This document shows, piece by piece, positions 33,547 to 44,473 of a DNA stretch of 45,966 bases. Under the pieces are notes generated by a model. It was not told where the DNA came from and made no database searches. It worked only from the letters and a program-made list of their open reading frames with translations. The translations under genes were made by a program, and so were the position numbers. Source of the stretch: Propionibacteriaceae bacterium (GTDB lineage Bacteria > Actinomycetota > Actinomycetes > Propionibacteriales > Propionibacteriaceae); assembly GCA_024636075.1 (NCBI GenBank), contig JAGXHS010000173.1:1-45966 (forward strand), given 5' to 3'. Position 1 is the stretch's first letter, and each line of letters begins with the position of its first letter.

Positions 33547-35535
33547 ATGGCAGAACCGTCCAGCTATCGCCCCGCTCCGGGGAGCATTCCCACCGATCCG
33601 GGCGTGTATCGCTTCTTCGACGCACACGACATCGTGATCTACGTCGGCAAGGCGAAGAACCTGCGGCAACGGCTCAACTCCTACTTTGCTGATCCGGCAT
33701 CCCTTGGGTTCCGCACCCAGACCATGGTCCGCACCGCGACCCGGGTGGAGTGGACGGTGGTGCGCAACGAACTGGAGTCGTTGCAGTTGGAATACACGTG
33801 GATCAAGCACTACGACCCACGCTTCAACATCAAGTACCGCGACGACAAGTCGTACCCGTGGCTGGCGATCACCGCCAGCGACGAGTTCCCGCGGGTGCTG
33901 GTCGGCCGGGGCAGCAAACGCAAGGGATGGCGCTACTACGGCCCCTTCGGACAGGCGTGGGCGATCCGGGAGACGGTTGATGCCCTGTTGCATGTGTTCC
34001 CGATGCGGTCCTGCAGCAACGGGGTCTTCCGCAATGCGGCGGCTGCCGGACGCCCCTGTCTGCTCGGCTACATCGGCAAGTGCGCCGCGCCCTGTGTCGG
34101 TCGGGTGAGTGCCGACGAGCACCGTGAGATCGTCGAGGACTTCGCCACCTTCATGTCAGGGCAATCGCGGGCGCTGACCCGGAAGTTGACCCGCCAGATG
34201 CAACAGGCGTCGGAGAACCTTGAATTCGAGCGGGCGGCAGTGCTCCGTGACTCCTTGGGTGCGCTGGAGAAGGCCACCGAATCCAACGCGATTGTGTTCA
34301 GCGACGGCACGGATGCCGACGTCGTCGCCCTGGCCGAGGATCCGTTGGAGGTGGCGGTGCACATCTTCAGCGTCCGGGGCGGCCGCGTGCGCGGCGAACG
34401 CGGCTGGGTGGCTGATCGTGCGGACGACTCCGGCACCGGGGAGCTGGTGGAGTCGTTCCTGCTGCAGCTCTATGCAACCGCCAACAGGGACGAAGGCAGT
34501 CACGAGGTGGGGGCCAACATCCCCCGCGACAGCCTGGTTCCGCAGCGGCCGGAATCGGCGGACCTGCTGGAGGAGGTTCTCGCTGCCGAGCGGCCCGGTG
34601 TGGTACGGATCCGGGTGCCACAACGCGGCGACAAGCGATCGTTGCTGGAGACCGTTTCCCGCAACGCCGACCAGACCCTGCAGAAGCACAAGATGAGGCG
34701 CTCCAGCGATCTGTCCGTCCGCAACCGCGCGCTGCAGGAGATTGCAGAGTATCTGGGGTTGGAGACTGCTCCACTGCGGATCGAATGCTACGACGTCTCA
34801 CACCTGCAGGGCACCGAGGTGGTGGCTTCGATGGTGGTCTTCGAGGACGGGTTGGCGCGCAGGAGCGAGTACCGCCGTTTCGTGATCAAGTCCTTCGAGG
34901 GCAGCAATGACGTCGCCGCGATGCGCGAAGTGTTGACTCGCCGGCTGCGGAGACTACTGGACGATCGGGCAGTGATCGCAGCCGCGAGCGACCAGCAACG
35001 CGCCAGCGGCACCCTGATCGACCCGGTCAGCGGGGCTCCCCGAAAGTTCGCCTACGCACCGGCGCTGATTGTGGTTGACGGCGGCGCGCCGCAGGTCAAC
35101 GTTGCCGCCGAAGTGTTGGCGGAACTGATGTTGGAGCAGGAAATCGCGGTGATCGGATTGGCGAAACGACTGGAGGAAGTCTGGCTGCCGGACACGGAGT
35201 ACCCACTGGTACTGCCGCGCAGCAGCGAGGCCCTCTACCTTTTGCAGCGGGTGCGCGACGAAGCACACCGATTCGCCATCACGCATCACCGCGGCCGGCG
35301 GAGCAAGGCGATGGTCGAGTCAGTGCTGGACGATGTGCCGGGCTTGGGCGAGGTGCGACGCAAGGCACTGTTGACCCACTTCGGTAGTCTGCGCAGGTTG
35401 CGAGCTGCGACGGCGGAAGAGATCGCCCAGGTGCCCGGGTTCGGTCCACAACTCGTCCAGAGCGTGCAGCAGGCGCTGCATGCCCACCCAGCGGGAGATG
35501 CTGTGAACATGACTACCGGGGAGGTGCTGACGTGA
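33547..35535 (+). CDS. uvrC: Excinuclease ABC subunit C
   Basis: Track ORF trimmed to ATG 33547, giving 662 aa. GIY-YIG domain [30 protein letters not shown], a UVR domain, and a C-terminal (HhH)2 domain. Confidence 0.95.
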   Translation: MAEPSSYRPAPGSIPTDPGVYRFFDAHDIVIYVGKAKNLRQRLNSYFADPASLGFRTQTMVRTATRVEWTVVRNELESLQLEYTWIKHYDPRFNIKYRDDKSYPWLAITASDEFPRVLVGRGSKRKGWRYYGPFGQAWAIRETVDALLHVFPMRSCSNGVFRNAAAAGRPCLLGYIGKCAAPCVGRVSADEHREIVEDFATFMSGQSRALTRKLTRQMQQASENLEFERAAVLRDSLGALEKATESNAIVFSDGTDADVVALAEDPLEVAVHIFSVRGGRVRGERGWVADRADDSGTGELVESFLLQLYATANRDEGSHEVGANIPRDSLVPQRPESADLLEEVLAAERPGVVRIRVPQRGDKRSLLETVSRNADQTLQKHKMRRSSDLSVRNRALQEIAEYLGLETAPLRIECYDVSHLQGTEVVASMVVFEDGLARRSEYRRFVIKSFEGSNDVAAMREVLTRRLRRLLDDRAVIAAASDQQRASGTLIDPVSGAPRKFAYAPALIVVDGGAPQVNVAAEVLAELMLEQEIAVIGLAKRLEEVWLPDTEYPLVLPRSSEALYLLQRVRDEAHRFAITHHRGRRSKAMVESVLDDVPGLGEVRRKALLTHFGSLRRLRAATAEEIAQVPGFGPQLVQSVQQALHAHPAGDAVNMTTGEVLT

Positions 35536-36407
35536 GGGAGGATGGAGGCGTGGACGAAACAATGAGGTTGGTCATCATCACCGGAATGTCTGGCGCGGGG
35601 CGGCGAACCGCCGCGCACGAGATGGAGGATCTCGGTTGGTACGTCGTGGACAACCTGCCACCCAGCATGTTGTTCAACCTGCTGAACTTGGCTGAGGAGA
35701 GCGGATGGCACAAGGTGGCGGTCGTCGTCGACGTCCGCAGCCGTGAGCTGTTCGAGCAGATGGGTGGTATCTTCGCACGTTTGGCGACCTTGTCGGTTTC
35801 GGTGGAGGTGCTGTTCGTCGAGGCGAACGACAACGTCATCGTCAAGCGTCAGGAATCGTCCCGACGACCGGTGCCGTTGCAGGGCGACGGCAGGTTGCTG
35901 GACGGTATCGAACGTGAGAGACGGATGCTGTCCTCGCTGCGCGCCTCGGCGGATCTGGTGATCGACACCAGCAACCTGAATGTGCATCAGCTGGCCACCA
36001 GGGTCAGCCACGCCTACGGTGACAACTACTCAGTCATTCGGGTCACCGTATTGTCCTTCGGGTTCAAGAACGGTTTGCCCGTTGACGCCGATCTCGCCTT
36101 CGACGTGCGCTTCCTGCCCAATCCACACTGGGTGCCGGAGTTGCGTCCGCAGACCGGTCTGAGCGAGGCCGTCAGCAGCTATGTGTTGCAGCAACCGGGG
36201 GCGGAGGAATTCCTCGGCCAGGTGTCGGACCTGTTCACAACCATGCGTCCCGGATACGTGCGGGAGGGAAAGCGACACGTCACGCTGGCGGTCGGATGCA
36301 CCGGTGGCAAGCACCGCAGCACCGCGATGAGCGAGGAGTTGGGCCGCAGGCTGCGGTCCGAGGACGTCGCTGTTGAGGTGATGCACCGAGACCTGGGACT
36401 GGAATGA
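35532..36407 (+). CDS. rapZ: RNase adapter / nucleotide-binding protein RapZ
   Basis: P-loop [12 protein letters not shown] and the FLPNPHW motif. GTG 35532 overlaps the uvrC stop (GTGA). ATG 35562 is an alternative start. Confidence 0.9.
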   Translation: MREDGGVDETMRLVIITGMSGAGRRTAAHEMEDLGWYVVDNLPPSMLFNLLNLAEESGWHKVAVVVDVRSRELFEQMGGIFARLATLSVSVEVLFVEANDNVIVKRQESSRRPVPLQGDGRLLDGIERERRMLSSLRASADLVIDTSNLNVHQLATRVSHAYGDNYSVIRVTVLSFGFKNGLPVDADLAFDVRFLPNPHWVPELRPQTGLSEAVSSYVLQQPGAEEFLGQVSDLFTTMRPGYVREGKRHVTLAVGCTGGKHRSTAMSEELGRRLRSEDVAVEVMHRDLGLE

Positions 36408-37351
36408 ACCCGCTCCAGCTGCCGCGAGTGACCGCACTCGGCGGTGGCCACGGGCTGTCCGCTTCACTGCAGGCATTGCGCCGGGTGACCAGCGAGGTCA
36501 CCGCGGTGGTCACGGTGGCCGATGACGGCGGGTCTTCGGGAAGGTTGCGAGCCGAACTGAACTGTCTGCCCCCAGGTGACCTGAGGATGGCGCTGGCGGC
36601 CCTGTGCGACGACGACCAGGCCGGCCGGATGTGGGCCGACGTGTTGCAGTCCCGGTTCAGAGGCGAGGGCGCCCTGGCCGGTCACGCTGTCGGGAACCTG
36701 CTGATCGCCGGACTGTGGCAACAGATCCCCGATCCGGTGGTGGGGCTGGACATGGTGGGCCAGCTGCTGCAGACCGCCGGGCGGGTGCTGCCGATGTGCA
36801 CCCAGCCCCTCGCCATCGAGGCTGACGTGTTGGGTCTCGATCCACAACGACCCGACGAGATGTGCACCCTCCGGGGACAATCCAGCGTCGCCAAGACACG
36901 TGCCGAAGTGCGCGCCATCCGCCTGGTGCCGAAGGATCCGCCAGGCTGTCCGGAGGCCCTGGAAGCGATCGCCACCAGCGATTACGTGGTCCTTGGTCCC
37001 GGCTCCTGGTTCACCTCGGTGATGCCGCACCTCTTGGTGCCCGACCTGAAAAAGGCGATCGTCGATTCCGCGGCCCAACGGATCGTCACCCTGAACATCG
37101 CCCCCGCCGACGAGACCGACGGTTTCACGGCCTCGCGGCACATAGAACTGCTGGCCGAGCACGCACCGCAGCTGCGAATCGACTGGGTGGTGGCGGGTCA
37201 GTCGTTCGCTGCCCAGGATCCGCACCTGGCCGACTATGTCGCCAGTCTGGGTGGCCGACTGAAGGTGGTGGACGTCGCGATGCGTGACGGTTCGGCACGC
37301 CATGACCCACTGCGACTTGCCTCGGTGTACGCGGAGATCATGCGTGCATAA
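36404..37351 (+). CDS. yvcK: YvcK/CuvA-family (CofD-like) gluconeogenesis / cell-envelope factor
   Basis: 315 aa with ALGGGHGLSASLQAL and VADDGGSSGRLR motifs. ATGA overlap with rapZ. Conserved rapZ-yvcK-whiA order. Confidence 0.9.
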   Translation: MNPLQLPRVTALGGGHGLSASLQALRRVTSEVTAVVTVADDGGSSGRLRAELNCLPPGDLRMALAALCDDDQAGRMWADVLQSRFRGEGALAGHAVGNLLIAGLWQQIPDPVVGLDMVGQLLQTAGRVLPMCTQPLAIEADVLGLDPQRPDEMCTLRGQSSVAKTRAEVRAIRLVPKDPPGCPEALEAIATSDYVVLGPGSWFTSVMPHLLVPDLKKAIVDSAAQRIVTLNIAPADETDGFTASRHIELLAEHAPQLRIDWVVAGQSFAAQDPHLADYVASLGGRLKVVDVAMRDGSARHDPLRLASVYAEIMRA

Positions 37352-37402
37352 TCTGATTCTGCACCCGTTTTTTCTGATACCTCGATTTGCAAGGATTCCC
37401 AC

Positions 37403-38380
37403 ATGGCGATGACTCCGCAGCTCAAGAGCGAACTTGGCACCATTCCGGTGAGCAGAGCGTGCTGTCGGCGCAGCGAGGTCGCCTCAACGCTCCGCTTCGC
37501 GGGCGGGCTGCACATTGTCAGTGGGCAGATTGTGATCGAGGCTGAACTGGAGACCGGGGCGGCCGCGCGCAGGCTCCGGACAGCCATCAGTGAGCTTTAC
37601 GGAATCGAATCCGAGCTGCTGGTGATCAACGGTTCCGGGCTGAAGCGAGCCACCAGGTACACCGTCCGGGTGGTGCGACGCGGTGAGGAACTGGCGCGCC
37701 AGACCGGCCTGGTTGACGGACTGCGGCGGCCGGTACGCGGGCTGCCGACGGCGGTGGTGGGGGCCGGCATGTGCTGTCAGGTGGCCGCGTGGCGCGGTGC
37801 CTTCCTGGCACATGGCTCCTTGACCGAGCCCGGCCGCTCGATGGCCTTCGAGGTCACCTGCCCCAGCTCGGAGTCGGCTCTGGCGCTGGTGGGATCGGCT
37901 CGTCGACTGGGTATCGGTGCCAAGGCGCGCGAGGTGCGCGGAGTGCAGCGCGTGGTGATCCGCGACGGTGATGCCATTTCCGCCATGCTCACCCGGCTCG
38001 GGGCGCATGAGACCCTGCTCGCCTGGGAGGAGCGCCGGATGCGCCGGGAGGTTCGGGCGTCGGCCAACCGGCTGGCCAATTTCGATGATGCCAACCTTCG
38101 GCGTTCGGCGCGCGCCGCGGTCGCGGCCAGTGCGCGGGTCGAACGGGCCCTCGACATCCTGGGTGATGATGTCCCCCAGCACCTGCTGGCAGCTGGTCGA
38201 CTTCGGCTGGAGCACCGAGACGCCAGTCTGGAGGAGTTGGGCCAGCTGCACGAGCCTCCCTTGACCAAGGATGCCGTAGCCGGAAGGATTCGCCGACTGC
38301 TGGCGACCGCCGACAAGGTTGCCGCCGAGCAGGGCGTTCAGGACACCGAGTCCAGTTTGTCCCACACCTCCGACCAATGA
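37403..38380 (+). CDS. whiA: DNA-binding cell-division/sporulation regulator WhiA
   Basis: 325 aa. The N-terminus (TPQLKSEL ... [18 protein letters not shown]) and the C-terminal HTH region are typical of WhiA. Synteny with rapZ-yvcK. AAGGA lies 7 nt upstream of the ATG. Confidence 0.92.
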   Translation: MAMTPQLKSELGTIPVSRACCRRSEVASTLRFAGGLHIVSGQIVIEAELETGAAARRLRTAISELYGIESELLVINGSGLKRATRYTVRVVRRGEELARQTGLVDGLRRPVRGLPTAVVGAGMCCQVAAWRGAFLAHGSLTEPGRSMAFEVTCPSSESALALVGSARRLGIGAKAREVRGVQRVVIRDGDAISAMLTRLGAHETLLAWEERRMRREVRASANRLANFDDANLRRSARAAVAASARVERALDILGDDVPQHLLAAGRLRLEHRDASLEELGQLHEPPLTKDAVAGRIRRLLATADKVAAEQGVQDTESSLSHTSDQ

Positions 38381-38424
38381 TCGGTGGGCTTTACCCCGGA
38401 CACACATCATCGTTGTCGGTTCGT

Positions 38425-38448
38425 TAGAATAGGAAGGTCCAATAGCCT
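38425..38448 (+). promoter_or_regulatory. AT-richer promoter region upstream of gap with two TANNNT hexamers (TAGAAT 38425-38430; TAGCCT 38443-38448)
   Basis: Hexamer patterns in the 93-nt whiA-gap spacer. I cannot tell which hexamer is used, if either. Confidence 0.25.
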
Positions 38449-38473
38449 CAAGAATCTCGAAGGGGATCACTAG

Positions 38474-39481
<1,008 letters not shown>

Positions 39482-39497
39482 TCGACACTCCTCAGTG

Positions 39498-39534
39498 ACT
39501 GGGGGTGGGGATGCCAAGCACCCCCACCCCCAGT
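39498..39534 (+). terminator. Perfect 13-bp G/C hairpin between gap and pgk (possible attenuator or processing/stability element)
   Basis: ACTGGGGGTGGGG (39498-39510) pairs with CCCCACCCCCAGT (39522-39534), with an 11-nt loop. Followed by TCTCATTTCC. Confidence 0.55.
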
Positions 39535-39568
39535 TCTCATTTCCACACACTCACGAAAGGCATCGACT

Positions 39569-40780
39569 GTGCTGTCAGTAGCTGACTTGGGTGACCTGCG
39601 CGGCAAGCGCGTGGTCATTCGCTGCGATTTCAATGTGCCGCTGGATGGCGACACCATCACCGATGACGGCCGCATCAAAGCGGCTCTGCCCACTCTCACC
39701 CAGTTGAAGGATGCCGGTGCGAGAACCATCGTGCTGGCGCATCTGGGTCGCCCCAAGGGCTCGCCGGATCCGAAATACTCGCTCGCTCCGGCGGCCACGC
39801 GGCTCGGTGAGCTGATGGGCGCCAACATCAAACTGGCCGACGACGTCGTCGGTGAATCTGCCCAGAAAGTCGCCGAAGGTCTTGCCGACGGCGAGATCGC
39901 CTTGGTGGAAAACGTTCGCTTCGAACCGGGCGAGACCAGCAAGGACGAGGCGGAGCGGGGCGAATTGGCCCAGAAGTACGCTGCGCTGGGAGACCTGTAC
40001 GTCTCCAATGGATTCGGTGTGGTGCATCGCAAGCAGGCATCGGTCTACGACATCGCCAAGTTGCTGCCGAGCGCCGCAGGCGCATTGGTTTCCAAGGAAG
40101 TGGGGGTGCTGCAGAAACTGACCAAGGATCCTGAGCGCCCCTTCGTGGTGGTGCTCGGCGGCGCCAAGGTGGCGGACAAGCTTGCGGTGATAGACAACCT
40201 GCTCAAGGTCGCTGACACCCTCGTGGTCGGCGGTGGCATGGCCTACACCTTCCTCAAGGCGAAGGGCCTCGAGATCGGCTCATCGATCCTCGACGAGGAC
40301 AACGTGGAAACCTGCAAGGGGTACCTGCAGGCAGCCGAGGACCAGGGCAAGAAGATCCTGCTGCCCACCGACGTTCGGGTCGCAAGCGGAATGAACTTCG
40401 GCGAGCGCACTGTTGAGGGTGAGGTGTCGGTTGTGTCGGTGCAGAACATCCCCACCGACAAGCTGGGGTTCGACATCGGCCCAGCCACCGAGATCCTGTT
40501 CGCCCAAGCGATCAAGCAGGCCCGCACGGTCTTCTGGAACGGCCCGATGGGTGTGTTCGAGATATCCGAACTGGCTGGTGGCACCAAGGCGGTGGCCCAG
40601 GCACTCAGCCAGTCCGACGCGATGACCGTCATCGGTGGTGGCGACTCCGCCGCTGCCGTACGGGAATTCGGCTACGCCGACGACCAGTTCGGCCACATCT
40701 CCACGGGCGGCGGAGCCTCCCTGGAGTTTCTGGAGGGCAAAGAACTGCCCGGAATTTCAATCCTTGAGGAGAACAACTGA
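39569..40780 (+). CDS. pgk: Phosphoglycerate kinase
   Basis: 403 aa with [10 protein letters not shown] and [11 protein letters not shown] motifs. GTG start 8 nt after GAAAGG. Confidence 0.97.
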   Translation: MLSVADLGDLRGKRVVIRCDFNVPLDGDTITDDGRIKAALPTLTQLKDAGARTIVLAHLGRPKGSPDPKYSLAPAATRLGELMGANIKLADDVVGESAQKVAEGLADGEIALVENVRFEPGETSKDEAERGELAQKYAALGDLYVSNGFGVVHRKQASVYDIAKLLPSAAGALVSKEVGVLQKLTKDPERPFVVVLGGAKVADKLAVIDNLLKVADTLVVGGGMAYTFLKAKGLEIGSSILDEDNVETCKGYLQAAEDQGKKILLPTDVRVASGMNFGERTVEGEVSVVSVQNIPTDKLGFDIGPATEILFAQAIKQARTVFWNGPMGVFEISELAGGTKAVAQALSQSDAMTVIGGGDSAAAVREFGYADDQFGHISTGGGASLEFLEGKELPGISILEENN

Positions 40781-41571
40781 TGACCCGCAAACCCATCATG
40801 GCCGGCAACTGGAAGATGAACCTGAACCACGTCGAAGCGGTCGGTCTGGTGCAGAAGCTGGCTTGGACGCTGAACGACAAGGGCTACGACCCCGAGCAGG
40901 TGGAATGCGTGCTGCTGCCACCGTTCACCGACCTCCGCACGGTGCAAACCCTGATCGAGGGTGACCGGCTGCCGATGGCCCACGGCGCCCAGGACGTTTC
41001 CACCCAGGAGTCCGGCGCCTTCACCGGCGAGATCAGCGGCGACATGCTCGCCAAGCTCAACTGCTCCTACGTGGTCGTCGGCCACTCTGAGCGACGTGAT
41101 TACCACAACGAGACCGACGCGGTGGTCAATGCCAAGGCCCAAAAGGTGATCGAGCACGGTATGACTCCGATCGTCTGCGTCGGCGAACCGTTGGAGGTAC
41201 GCAAGGCGGGCAACCAGGTCAGCCACACCGTCAGCCAGGTCAAGGGCTCCTTGGCCGGCATCGCAGCAGCCCAGGTCGCCGCACTTGTGGTCGCCTACGA
41301 GCCGGTGTGGGCCATCGGCACAGGTGAGGTTGCCACCCCGGACGACGCGCAGGAAGTCTGCCAGGCGATCCGTGAATGCATCGCCGACTTGTACGACCAG
41401 ACGGTGGCCGATGCAGTGCGCATCCAGTACGGCGGTTCGGTCAAGCCGTCCAATGTGGGCGTGATCATGGCCAAGCCCGATATCGACGGCGCTCTGGTTG
41501 GAGGCGCCAGCCTGAAGCCGGAGGACTTCGCCGGGATCGTTCTGTTCTACGATCTGCCAGTGATCAGCTGA
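40780..41571 (+). CDS. tpiA: Triosephosphate isomerase
   Basis: 263 aa with [16 protein letters not shown] and [11 protein letters not shown] motifs. The ATG shares 1 nt with the pgk stop. Confidence 0.97.
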   Translation: MTRKPIMAGNWKMNLNHVEAVGLVQKLAWTLNDKGYDPEQVECVLLPPFTDLRTVQTLIEGDRLPMAHGAQDVSTQESGAFTGEISGDMLAKLNCSYVVVGHSERRDYHNETDAVVNAKAQKVIEHGMTPIVCVGEPLEVRKAGNQVSHTVSQVKGSLAGIAAAQVAALVVAYEPVWAIGTGEVATPDDAQEVCQAIRECIADLYDQTVADAVRIQYGGSVKPSNVGVIMAKPDIDGALVGGASLKPEDFAGIVLFYDLPVIS

Positions 41572-41584
41572 ATCGAGTCTCCGC

Positions 41585-41628
41585 GGAACTGGGCGGGGCG
41601 TCGCGTGAGCGGTGCTTCGCCCAGTTTT
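41585..41628 (+). terminator. Hairpin with short T run after tpiA (probable terminator)
   Basis: AACTGGGCG (41587-41595) pairs with CGCCCAGTT (41618-41626). Two further G-U pairs can extend the stem. TTTT occupies 41625-41628. The loop is large (22 nt). Confidence 0.5.
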
Positions 41629-41739
41629 CGTCCGCCGGTGAAAAAACTCTCCGGCAAGTGCAACCAAAACGAGGGTTGCGGCGGAACTACTAGGTGACAC
41701 GAGCAAACCGCTTCGTGACCACCTAGAAAAGGACCCGTA

Positions 41740-42552
41740 ATGAAAACCCTTCGAGTCATGGCAGCAGTGGCGGTGGCCTTCGCGGCGTTGTTCGCGGCCG
41801 CCCCAGCGCATGCCGACAACCACACCGCGTCAGTCTCCGTGCTGCACGGTATTCCCGGCGCCACGGTTGACGTGTGGGCCAATGGCGAACCCCTGCTCAC
41901 CGACTTCCAGCCCGGAACCCTCACCGATCCGGTGATGCTGGAAGCCGGTGACTACGATCTGAAGGTTGTCGCGGCTGGTGACCCGGCCGATGCCACCGCA
42001 ATCGTTGAGGCCAACGGTGTCACCGTTCCCGCCGGAGCCAACATCACCGTGGTGGCGCACCTGAGCGCGGACGGTCAGCCGACGCTGACCCCGTTCGCCA
42101 ATGACACCAGCAAGCTGGATGCCGGAATGGCACGTCTGACTGTTCGCCACACCGCCGCCGCACCCGCGGTTGACGTGCGCGCCAACGGAGCGGTCGCTCT
42201 CGCCGACCTGACGAACCCGAATGCCGCAACTGCGGTCGTGGCCGCCGGCAGCATCTCCGCTGACGTCGTGCTGGCCGGCACGGACACCGTGGCGATCGGC
42301 CCGGCCGATCTGGACCTCGCCGAGTCCAAGAACACCATCGTGTACGCGTGGGGTAGCGCCGCCGATGACAACTTGCAGCTCGCTGTGCAGGTCGTCGATG
42401 CGATGCATTCCTCACCTGAGGGTGTCCCCGCCGGCAACGGTGGTCAGGCAGCTGCTTCGGACCTGGCTAGCCAGGGTGGCATCGCCGCAGGTGCTGCGCT
42501 GCTGGCCGGTGGACTGGTGTGGGCCGCGACTCGTCGTCGCGTGAACGCCTGA
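41740..42552 (+). CDS. Secreted DUF4397-like beta-rich repeat protein with C-terminal sorting-signal-like tail
   Basis: 270 aa. Signal peptide MKTLRVMAAVAVAFAALFAAAPAHA. Two similar modules (VLHGIPGATVDVWANG... and RLTVRHTAAAPAVDVRANG...). C-terminus is VPAGNGG, a 12-aa spacer, hydrophobic IAAGAALLAGGLVWAA, then TRRRVNA. The family call is from memory of DUF4397 repeats. Confidence 0.6.
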   Translation: MKTLRVMAAVAVAFAALFAAAPAHADNHTASVSVLHGIPGATVDVWANGEPLLTDFQPGTLTDPVMLEAGDYDLKVVAAGDPADATAIVEANGVTVPAGANITVVAHLSADGQPTLTPFANDTSKLDAGMARLTVRHTAAAPAVDVRANGAVALADLTNPNAATAVVAAGSISADVVLAGTDTVAIGPADLDLAESKNTIVYAWGSAADDNLQLAVQVVDAMHSSPEGVPAGNGGQAAASDLASQGGIAAGAALLAGGLVWAATRRRVNA

Positions 42553-42556
42553 CAAA

Positions 42557-43276
42557 ATGCGCAACAATGATCGGTGGGGACGGTTGCTGGCAAGTGCGTC
42601 AGCAGCCGTCCTCGCTGGCACCTGCGCCGCTTGGCTGACGGCGACAGGTGTCACTACCGCCTCATCTGTTGACTCGGCCACAATGACACAGCCTGCCCAG
42701 CAGTCACAGTTCCGGATACCTGCGCACAGCGTCCCGCTGCGTCAGCCGGGCACAGACAGGTTCAGATCCAGCGGCGACACGTCCGTTCCACGGCTGGTTG
42801 CCAAACCGGCCTCACCGCAAACCTCACGAGTGATCACACCCAGTCGCCTCGTCGTAGATTCTTCTCGGATCCGGATGCCGATTCAACCAGTCGGTGTAGC
42901 CGCGGGCGGGGAGATGGAGCTTCCCGAGGACCCCGACGTGCTCGGCTGGTACCGCTACGGTCCGGCGCCGGGGAGCGAATCGGGAGCCGTTGTGATGGCG
43001 GCCCACGTCGACTCCGCGACCCTCGGGGTGGGCCCGTTGGCCGATCTGGAACGCGTCAGCAAGGGAGATGTCATCAGCGTCGAGACCACCGACGGACCAG
43101 TCTCGTACAAGGTCCAGGAAGTGGTGCAACTCGACAAGAAGAAGCTGGACACCGAATGGCTGTTCGACCGCACGGGACCGGCGCGGCTGCACCTGGTCAC
43201 CTGTGGTGGAAGCTATGACCGTACGTTGGGGGAGTACTCTGCCAATGTTGTACTTGTCGCACTTGCGGTCGCCTGA
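42557..43276 (+). CDS. Class F sortase
   Basis: 239 aa with an N-terminal anchor helix. Motifs: RIRMPIQPVGV, VLGWYRYGPAPGSESGAVVMAAHVD (catalytic His), RLHLVTCGGSYDR (catalytic Cys), and YSANVVLVA. The ATG lies 4 nt after the upstream stop. Confidence 0.8.
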   Translation: MRNNDRWGRLLASASAAVLAGTCAAWLTATGVTTASSVDSATMTQPAQQSQFRIPAHSVPLRQPGTDRFRSSGDTSVPRLVAKPASPQTSRVITPSRLVVDSSRIRMPIQPVGVAAGGEMELPEDPDVLGWYRYGPAPGSESGAVVMAAHVDSATLGVGPLADLERVSKGDVISVETTDGPVSYKVQEVVQLDKKKLDTEWLFDRTGPARLHLVTCGGSYDRTLGEYSANVVLVALAVA

Positions 43277-43298
43277 CAGCACCGTAGACTTCCCTGAT

Positions 43299-43871
43299 AT
43301 GAGCAATGCCGCTGCCGACGAGGACGCGGTCGAGCTTGCCCGCCGATTGGTTGGCGGCTCATCAGGGGCCCTGAGCGAGGTGTATCAGCGCTATTCCGCA
43401 CTGGTCTTCACGCTGGCCCTGCGATTGCTGAACAACCGGGAGGACGCCGAGGATGTCACCCAACAGACGTTCGTCGCGGCCTGGCAGAGCCGGGAGAACC
43501 TGCAGGTGGCGCCCAACGCGTTGCCGCGCTGGCTGGTCGGCATCGCCCGGCACCGGATAGCCGACGTACGAGAACAACATCGTCGCTCGTCCCGCAATCT
43601 GCAAGCCGTGGCGCAGACCACCACTACCGAGGCGGCGACCGACGAGACGCGGCAGGTGGCGGACCGATTGCTGATCGCCGATGCACTGCAGGACATCGGG
43701 CCCCCGAAGTCGCAGATCCTGTGGATGGCCTACGCCGAAGGAGCCCGACTGCAAGATGTGGCAGATCACCTGGAGATGCCGCTGAGTACTGTGAAGAGCC
43801 ACGCCCGTCGAGGGCTGCTGCAATTGAGATCATTGGTGGAGGAGGTGAGTGATGGTACGGCGATGGGCTGA
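43299..43871 (+). CDS. ECF-type sigma-70 family RNA polymerase sigma factor
   Basis: Track ORF trimmed to ATG 43299, giving 190 aa. Region 2 (REDAEDVTQQTFVAAW ... WLVGIARHRIAD) and region 4 HTH (LQDVADHLEMPLSTVKSHARRGL) are present. Confidence 0.85.
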   Translation: MSNAAADEDAVELARRLVGGSSGALSEVYQRYSALVFTLALRLLNNREDAEDVTQQTFVAAWQSRENLQVAPNALPRWLVGIARHRIADVREQHRRSSRNLQAVAQTTTTEAATDETRQVADRLLIADALQDIGPPKSQILWMAYAEGARLQDVADHLEMPLSTVKSHARRGLLQLRSLVEEVSDGTAMG

Positions 43872-44442
43872 TGACGCGACACCTGGTTTTGATGACGAGG
43901 TGGTGGCGGAGCTGCTCGGCCGCCTCGGTGAGGAGGACCCGGGCGGCGTCCAGTGGGCGCAGCCACCCGCCTCGGTCTGGGACGGCGTGCAAGCGGCCAT
44001 CACCGCACCCACTCCGCGGTTCTCTCGCCGCATCACGTTGTCGTTGGCGGCGCTCGGTGTCGCCGTTGGAGCGACGGGCGGCGGACTGTTCTGGCGGGAG
44101 CGTCCCGGTCAGGTGATCTTCCGGGCCGTGCTGAGGACTCTGGACACCCAGGTACAGCGCGGCACCGCAGAACTGCGCAAAAAGGGCGACCAGCTGTTCC
44201 TGGTGATCGACACGCCCGAGCCGTTCACCGTGTCGTCCGGCTACATCGAGGTGTGGCTGATCAACACCGACGGTGAGCGAATGATGTCCGTGGGGGTCTA
44301 CTCTTCCCAGCAGCAGGAGAGCTTCCCCGTGACCCAGACCATGATTGACGAGGCCTACACGATCGTCGACATCTCCGCGGAGGACTACGACGGTGTCGTG
44401 ACGCACTCGGGTAACTCGTTGGTGCGCGGCCAGCTTCAGTGA
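43852..44442 (+). CDS. RskA-like membrane anti-sigma factor (short cytoplasmic part)
   Basis: 196 aa with one TM helix (ITLSLAALGVAVGATGGGLFW). The extracytoplasmic domain carries YIEVWLINTDGERMMSVGVY, resembling the anti-sigma-K RskA C-domain. ATG 43852 lies 6 nt after GGAGG and overlaps the sigma gene by 20 nt. Confidence 0.65.
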   Translation: MVRRWADDATPGFDDEVVAELLGRLGEEDPGGVQWAQPPASVWDGVQAAITAPTPRFSRRITLSLAALGVAVGATGGGLFWRERPGQVIFRAVLRTLDTQVQRGTAELRKKGDQLFLVIDTPEPFTVSSGYIEVWLINTDGERMMSVGVYSSQQQESFPVTQTMIDEAYTIVDISAEDYDGVVTHSGNSLVRGQLQ

Positions 44443-44473
44443 GACCGATTCAGATTTGAGGCGGGTAGTGAGT

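Noticed and set aside
39498-39534. G-quadruplex formation by the GGGGGTGGGG / CCCCACCCCC tracts.
   Set aside because: Each strand has only two G runs. The perfect complementarity makes a hairpin the far simpler explanation.
41585-41687. GGAAC pentamers (41585-41589 and 41683-41687) as ECF-type -35 elements for the sigma factor of the island.
   Set aside because: Neither has a CGT-type -10 element at 16-17 nt spacing. The first pentamer is part of the tpiA terminator stem.
43068-43298. 77-aa N-terminal extension of the sigma-factor ORF.
   Set aside because: The extension overlaps the 3' end of the sortase gene in another frame and is Arg/Ser-rich. Sigma region 2 homology is fully accounted for from ATG 43299.
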